From: Deferribacterales bacterium
GTDB lineage: Bacteria; Chrysiogenota; Deferribacteres; Deferribacterales; Geovibrionaceae
Direction: 5' to 3'
Length of the DNA: 64,000 nt
Assembly: GCA_050251875.1 (NCBI GenBank)
Contig: JBFWMA010000006.1
Location: forward strand, 132,024-196,023
Shown: positions 58,851-64,000 of the stretch, one piece after another
How positions within the stretch are numbered: the first letter of the stretch is position 1
How the letters are laid out: the number at the start of each line of letters is the position of its first letter
Program-made: the position numbers and the translations under genes
The notes under the pieces: generated by a model
Databases searched by the model: none
Told to the model about the DNA's origin: nothing
Seen by the model: only the letters and a program-made list of their open reading frames with translations

Positions 58851-61800
58851 ATGGATTGGATAGACTCGTCACATATTCAAAACTGGGCAGCAACTAGAGA
58901 TGCTCAGGATTTATTACCTTTATTGATACGTAAATTGATATACGCATCAGTGGTTGTTAAAGAAATAGATATCCCAGCGGGTAGTGCTGTTTCTACTGGA
59001 GGCTGGGATGGAATTGTTTTGACTGAAGATGAGCATCCTTATGTCCCCACAGGTATGTCTGTTTGGGAGTTTGGTGTAAGTCAGGACGCTAAATCAAAAG
59101 CTGATAGCGACTATGAAAAACGTGTGGAAAATCCACTTGGAGTTGAACCAACTGCAACTCATTTTAGATTTGTTTCACCTCGAGCGTTCAATAAAAATAC
59201 TGAATGGGCAGATGCAAAAGATAAAGAGCAAGTTTGGCAATCGGTTAAGGCGTATAATGCTAGCTGTTTAGAATCGTGGTTAAGTACATGTCCCAGTGTG
59301 GCAAAGTGGTTTTCTTCAAAAATAGGGTTGCACTCTAGTGATGATACTGAAGCACTTGACTCTTGGTGGGACAAATGGAGTACCACGACAACCCCAAATA
59401 TCTCAGATAAAATGGTGCTGGCTGGTAGACAAGTCGCTGTAGATTCTTTTAAAAAACTTATTGATAAAAAACGATATGTATTTTCTATTGAGGCTGATTC
59501 TCTCGACGAGGGACTAGCATTTATATACTGTGCTGCTAAATCTTTTGATTCTAGTATAAACGTATTATCACGAGCTTTAATCATTAACTCTAAGAGTGCA
59601 TACGACAATATAGTAGAAAATTATTCTAATATAATCATAATACCCGTTTTCCCAGAATTCGAAGGCGGTAATTACGCGATATCTAAAGGGCATTCTGTAA
59701 TTGTTCCTATCGGTCGTGCGAAGAACTTTAGAGGCGACTCAATAGACCTCATCAGGCAAGATAAATCTTCATTTACAGAAGCACTAGAAGAGTTAGGATT
59801 CGATCATTCTACTGCGTGGAGACTAGCAGGAGATACTAAAAGATCTTTAACGGTATTTCGACGTTTACAAGCGAATGGTCAATTTACACCACCACGTTGG
59901 CTTGGATCTGACAAAAGAGATTTAGTTCCTATGTTGTTGTTAGGTGCTTTTGACGCAAATAATGATATGGACAAGCAAATTGTCCGTGAAATCTATAATA
60001 AAGATTTTGATTATATAGAAGCAATATTATCAGGTTTTTCTGAAGGCAATGATCCTTATGTTCGTAGAATTAGCGGTGTATGGGAATTAATATCATTTCG
60101 TGATGCATGGCATTTTCTGTCCAATGAAATTACAGAAGAGCTAAAAGAAAGCTATTGTAAAGCTTTTTCTAATGTTTATATGGATGAAAATAGCAAATTT
60201 CAAAAAAATATAGAAGAACGCTATTTAGTATTTTCAAATCAGCAATATAAATATTCATCTTATCTGAGAGATTCATTAAAGCAAACCTTTAGTTTGCTTG
60301 CTATTGAATACGATAATCAATCCTATGTAGATTCAGTTCTAAGCAAAGTACTGAATGAGAGTACATCTTGGGAGCTATGGGCATCTTTGCGTGATGTGAT
60401 TGCTGATTTTGCAGAGGCATCCCCTAATGTATTTTTGCGAACACTCATGTATTTATCTTATCAAAACGACAAGGTTCAAAAATTGTTTGAAGAACCTTCA
60501 AACGCTTTGTTCGGTGGGCATTCCTTTTCAGGTATTTTATGGGGGCTTGAAAGACTTGTTTGGCTAGACGAATACAATAAACAAGCTGTTCTTATGCTTG
60601 CTACGTTTGCGAAGCTTGATACTAATACTCAAAGTAATTATGTCAATAGGCCTCATAATAGCCTGAAGGAAATTTTTTTATATTGGCACCCACAGGGTAA
60701 TTTTAGTACTGAAGAGCGCATTAACCTAATCAAGAAGATTTACTCCATAGATGAGCATATTGCATGGAACCTTATAAAAGAAGTATTGCCCAAAAGATTT
60801 GGTGGTAGTGCGAGTAGTATAGCAAAACCAGTATGGAGAGACTACAAAGAAACAGAAGTAATTACCTATGGCGAGGCTTATTCTTTTGCAAATCAGTTGA
60901 TTACTCTTGGTCTCAATATAATGAGTAAATGTGAGCATATTAATATTATCTTGGAACAAGCAGATATGGTGCCTGATGATTTGTTCATAGAGCTTATAAA
61001 GTCTATAGATACTTTAGACGTAAATGATTTTTCATTAGATGAAAGAAAATTAATTTGGGATTTTGTCGAAGATATTATAGTGAGGTGCTCAAAGTCTAAG
61101 GATGACGTAATTAAGCAACGTGAAGTTCAGCTTAAAGATTTGGCAAATATATTTAAGCCAAATGATTTAGCTTATGAGTATTCATATCTTTTTGATTATG
61201 ATTACCGTGTTAAACGGCGACTGTACCCAGATGTTGAAGACTGGAAAGAATATGATGCAGAACTTGAAGATGAAAGGTCAAAAGCGTTAATTGCAATATA
61301 CAAACGAAATGGGATAGATGGTCTTATTCGACTGATATCAATTTCTAAGGATGCAAGATCTATAGGTTTGATTGCAGCGGGCAATGATTTATTTCATGAT
61401 GATTTAGATTTATACTTTATTAGCAATTCAGAGTCTTTCTCTATGCTTTATAAAATTCTATATGAAACCTACATAAGAAAACGCGTTTATGAAGAAAAAA
61501 GCTATCTGCATAATATTTTTGATAATACTTCAATTCAGAATGAGGTAAAAGCTGAAGTGTTATTATGGTGCCAGAGGATTGAAGAGTTATTTGCATACCT
61601 ATCACTATTGGATAATGAAAATTATTCAATGTTTTGGAAAAAAGCAAACCCTTATCGTTTAAATGAAAAGCTTGATAAGAATGTTGTTGTTGAAAAATAT
61701 TTATCTGTTGGTAATGCAGTTGCAGCTCTAGAGTACGCTACCGGGGCCAAGAAAAAAGAAGAATTCGACTCATCAGTATTAGTAACTATATTATTTTCAT

Positions 61801-62561
61801 TGCTTGAAAACTTGCCAGAAAGACAACTTGGTACTATGGATACTCATTACATTAATGAAGCTTTCGACAAGCTTTGGCAGTCTTCTGACGTTTCTGAAAA
61901 CGACTTACTAACATTAGAGTGGGCTTATTTGCGCATATGGAAAAGGTATCATGATGACGATAAAGTGCCAAAAACTATTAATAAGAGAATAGCGACTGAT
62001 CCTAACTTTTTTGCAGATTTATTAAGGTTTGCATTTAAGCCAAGAAATTCTAAAGAAAACGATACTGAAGTTCCTTTGGCTCAGGCTGAAAATGCATATC
62101 ATGCTTTAGATATTTGGAACATGATTCCTGGGCTAAAAGAAGATGATTCTATTGAGTTTGATACGCTGATGAAGTGGATACATGAAGCGAGAGATATTTG
62201 CAAGGTTAATGATAGGTTAGAAGTAGGAGACCAATATATTGGTCACATCTTGGCTAAAACCATTAATGTGAAAGGATATATGATACCAGACGAGGCTATA
62301 CTCAGAGTTCTGAATGAGAATATCAGCGAGGATATTTATACTGGGTTTAGTATTCAATTTTTTAACAATAAAGGCATATCTAGTATCGATAGAAAAGACC
62401 CGGGGAAAGATGCTAGGGATATTGCTACTAAATGCAAGGAAATTTCCAAAGAAATTCTTATGAAGTATCCAAAAGCTTCGGAATTCTATGAATCTATTGC
62501 TAAAGACTATGACAAGAGAGCAAGATATGACTCTGAGCGTCATGAACTGGATGGTTATTGA
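58851..62561 (+). CDS. Large (~1236 aa) protein: putative N-terminal PD-(D/E)xK-like nuclease, degenerate NTPase-like middle and long helical region; candidate defence protein
   Basis: GGWDGIV...VPTGMSVWEFG...KADSDYEKR...FRFVSPR N-terminal pattern; long uninterrupted AT-rich ORF; GGAG RBS before MDWIDSS. Confidence 0.7.
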   Translation: MDWIDSSHIQNWAATRDAQDLLPLLIRKLIYASVVVKEIDIPAGSAVSTGGWDGIVLTEDEHPYVPTGMSVWEFGVSQDAKSKADSDYEKRVENPLGVEPTATHFRFVSPRAFNKNTEWADAKDKEQVWQSVKAYNASCLESWLSTCPSVAKWFSSKIGLHSSDDTEALDSWWDKWSTTTTPNISDKMVLAGRQVAVDSFKKLIDKKRYVFSIEADSLDEGLAFIYCAAKSFDSSINVLSRALIINSKSAYDNIVENYSNIIIIPVFPEFEGGNYAISKGHSVIVPIGRAKNFRGDSIDLIRQDKSSFTEALEELGFDHSTAWRLAGDTKRSLTVFRRLQANGQFTPPRWLGSDKRDLVPMLLLGAFDANNDMDKQIVREIYNKDFDYIEAILSGFSEGNDPYVRRISGVWELISFRDAWHFLSNEITEELKESYCKAFSNVYMDENSKFQKNIEERYLVFSNQQYKYSSYLRDSLKQTFSLLAIEYDNQSYVDSVLSKVLNESTSWELWASLRDVIADFAEASPNVFLRTLMYLSYQNDKVQKLFEEPSNALFGGHSFSGILWGLERLVWLDEYNKQAVLMLATFAKLDTNTQSNYVNRPHNSLKEIFLYWHPQGNFSTEERINLIKKIYSIDEHIAWNLIKEVLPKRFGGSASSIAKPVWRDYKETEVITYGEAYSFANQLITLGLNIMSKCEHINIILEQADMVPDDLFIELIKSIDTLDVNDFSLDERKLIWDFVEDIIVRCSKSKDDVIKQREVQLKDLANIFKPNDLAYEYSYLFDYDYRVKRRLYPDVEDWKEYDAELEDERSKALIAIYKRNGIDGLIRLISISKDARSIGLIAAGNDLFHDDLDLYFISNSESFSMLYKILYETYIRKRVYEEKSYLHNIFDNTSIQNEVKAEVLLWCQRIEELFAYLSLLDNENYSMFWKKANPYRLNEKLDKNVVVEKYLSVGNAVAALEYATGAKKKEEFDSSVLVTILFSLLENLPERQLGTMDTHYINEAFDKLWQSSDVSENDLLTLEWAYLRIWKRYHDDDKVPKTINKRIATDPNFFADLLRFAFKPRNSKENDTEVPLAQAENAYHALDIWNMIPGLKEDDSIEFDTLMKWIHEARDICKVNDRLEVGDQYIGHILAKTINVKGYMIPDEAILRVLNENISEDIYTGFSIQFFNNKGISSIDRKDPGKDARDIATKCKEISKEILMKYPKASEFYESIAKDYDKRARYDSERHELDGY

Positions 62562-62562
62562 T

Positions 62563-63426
62563 ATGAATAAATTACATCAAGTTTTCTTGAGTTCAACCTT
62601 TAGTGATTTAAAAGATGTTAGATTAAATGTAATTGATGGACTCATGAAGGCTGGTTATTACCCGAAGTGTATGGAATATTTTCCTGCTAGTGGTTCGTCA
62701 CAAGAGAAATATATATCTAGCGCAATAGATAACAGTGATATTATTATTTTTCTTCTCAACAATAGATACGGCACAGAAATTGAAAGTTTAGACAGTATAT
62801 CCTATACGCACTTTGAATATCTTTATGCCGCTGAGAAAAATAAACAGATCTTATGTTTCATTGATAAAGATGTTACACATGACAATAAGGAAAGCGAACA
62901 ACAAAAAGAAAAACTAGGCAGGCTTAAAGAAAAAATACTTGAAGAAAAACTTTGCAAGATCGTCGAATTCAAATATATCAACCATTCAGATTTAACGGTA
63001 CAAGTTCTAGCAAGCTTAACGCAATCAATTGATGAATGCCAAACCTGCTGGGTAAAAGGTTCATCCAAGATGGATCTTAAAGATTCATATATGTTTAAAA
63101 GTTTACTTGAATCTTCTGGAGAACATAATGGAAACTTTGAAATACCAACACAAAGAATCATGCGTATACTTAGCTCTAAACGTGAATTTACTTTTAATGA
63201 ATTTATATCCAATCTTGAATTCCAAGAAAATTTGGGCAGACAAAACTCCTTCAGCAAATCTGATGCTTTAGCTCTACTCAAAGACTTGTTAATATACAAT
63301 CATATAACCATGGAAATCTCAAGCAGTCAGGAAGATATTGTATTTGCACCTACGGGTAAACAATATATGGCCGATAAGAAGGAAGTTCTCAGCATACCGG
63401 ATTCACTTTTAAATAAGCACCTATAG
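62563..63426 (+). CDS. DUF4062 (TIR-like) domain protein
   Basis: QVFLSSTFSDL...R, MEYFPAS, IDNSDIIIFLLNNRYG, SYTHFEYLYA; ATG 1 nt after the upstream stop. Confidence 0.88.
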   Translation: MNKLHQVFLSSTFSDLKDVRLNVIDGLMKAGYYPKCMEYFPASGSSQEKYISSAIDNSDIIIFLLNNRYGTEIESLDSISYTHFEYLYAAEKNKQILCFIDKDVTHDNKESEQQKEKLGRLKEKILEEKLCKIVEFKYINHSDLTVQVLASLTQSIDECQTCWVKGSSKMDLKDSYMFKSLLESSGEHNGNFEIPTQRIMRILSSKREFTFNEFISNLEFQENLGRQNSFSKSDALALLKDLLIYNHITMEISSSQEDIVFAPTGKQYMADKKEVLSIPDSLLNKHL

Positions 63427-63538
63427 CCGTTTACCTATTATTTCTTATTTTTGCCGTATGTGTAATGTACACAGATAAGCTAAAAAAGGGATAAAAGGCT
63501 CAAGTGTGACAATTTTTGAAATTACAGAAAAACAAATG

Positions 63539-63689
63539 AAAAGAAAGCCCTATTATGAAGATAGGTCTTTTTTTATAAAGCGCCTAAATAGATTTGTACT
63601 CTTAACCTTTTGACCGCTAAAAACCAAGATATTTATGAATTCACCTTATTCATCAATATAATTCAAACACTACCGATGGGTTGCAGACA
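63539..63689 (-). repeat. Degenerate internal att unit (hairpin + tRNA-Arg 3' half + arm repeats)
   Basis: GCGCCTAAATAGATTTGTACTCTTAACCTTTTGA (63580-63613): 29/34 matches to 56353-56386; followed by ATTCATCAATA and CTACCGATGGGTTGCAGACA. Confidence 0.78.
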
Positions 63690-63872
63690 TTAAAACTTAC
63701 GCATGATAACGCTAAAAACTTCAATTGCAGCATCATATGCCAAAACAGCCTCTTCTATAGAGACATTTTCTTCTCCGTAACGGACACTCGCATGTGCTTG
63801 AATTCGTTTCAGTAGTTTATTATCAATATCACAGAGTCCACACTGTTTTGCTTTATAGGAATATTTATGTAA
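63690..63872 (-). pseudogene. 3' fragment of a gene (possibly HEPN-like) cut off by an IS insertion
   Basis: Open frame LHKYSYKAKQCGLCDIDNKLLKRIQAHASVRYGEENVSIEEAVLAYDAAIEVFSVIMRKF* starts right at the IS end with no start codon. Confidence 0.55.
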
Positions 63873-63874
63873 AT

Positions 63875-64000
63875 TATAGTGCCACCCCTTGTCAAGACAG
63901 CATAAGTTGATTTCTTAATGTGTTTCTATGCCGCTATTCTCACCTGATTCATATGCACAGCCATAGGTTTCTTGTAACCCAAGGCAGAATGTAGTCTTTC
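63875..64000 (-). mobile_element. Right end of an IS3-family insertion sequence (transposase C-terminus 63926-64000 plus terminal inverted repeat)
   Basis: Minus strand encodes ERLHSALGYKKPMAVHMNQVRIAA* (IS3 OrfB RxHSALGYxxP motif), then CTGTCTTGACAAGGGGTGGCACTATA end. Confidence 0.85.

Larger units (their letters stand above)
56352..64000. mobile_element. AT-rich genomic island integrated at tRNA-Arg(ACG); continues beyond the window
   Basis: Abrupt shift to AT-rich sequence at the tRNA fragment; defence-like cargo; internal degenerate att copies; IS end at the right edge. Confidence 0.8.

Overview
Bacterial chromosomal window of about 50% GC, probably from an anaerobe (Deferribacterales-like is an inference from gene content and style, not established). 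Bases 1-38.4 kb are mostly housekeeping and signalling genes: GGDEF cyclase, MarR/DUF2269, PMM/PGM, ispG, oligopeptidase A, metH, superoxide reductase, large NAD-GDH, alaS, pckA, carbonic anhydrase, a membrane protein/Tat-MBL/COG0523 operon and a PAS kinase. Bases 38.4-44 kb encode secreted proteins, including a WD40-caspase and two Sel1 proteins. Bases 44.2-55.3 kb hold a complete type I-F CRISPR-Cas locus (cas1, cas2-3, cas8f, cas5f, cas7f, cas6f) flanked by two outward-facing arrays of 34 and 14 repeats with homologous leaders. From about 56.35 kb the sequence becomes AT-rich. It begins at the 3' half of a tRNA-Arg(ACG), a typical att site. Degenerate copies of the same unit (hairpin + tRNA 3' half + 11-bp-spaced arm repeats) recur at about 58.4 and 63.6 kb. 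They divide the island into small cassettes carrying candidate defence genes: an ABC-ATPase/TOPRIM fusion, a 1236-aa putative nuclease-sensor with a DUF4062 partner, and a possible HEPN gene cut by an IS3 element at the window edge. This att-delimited cassette array is the most unusual feature.
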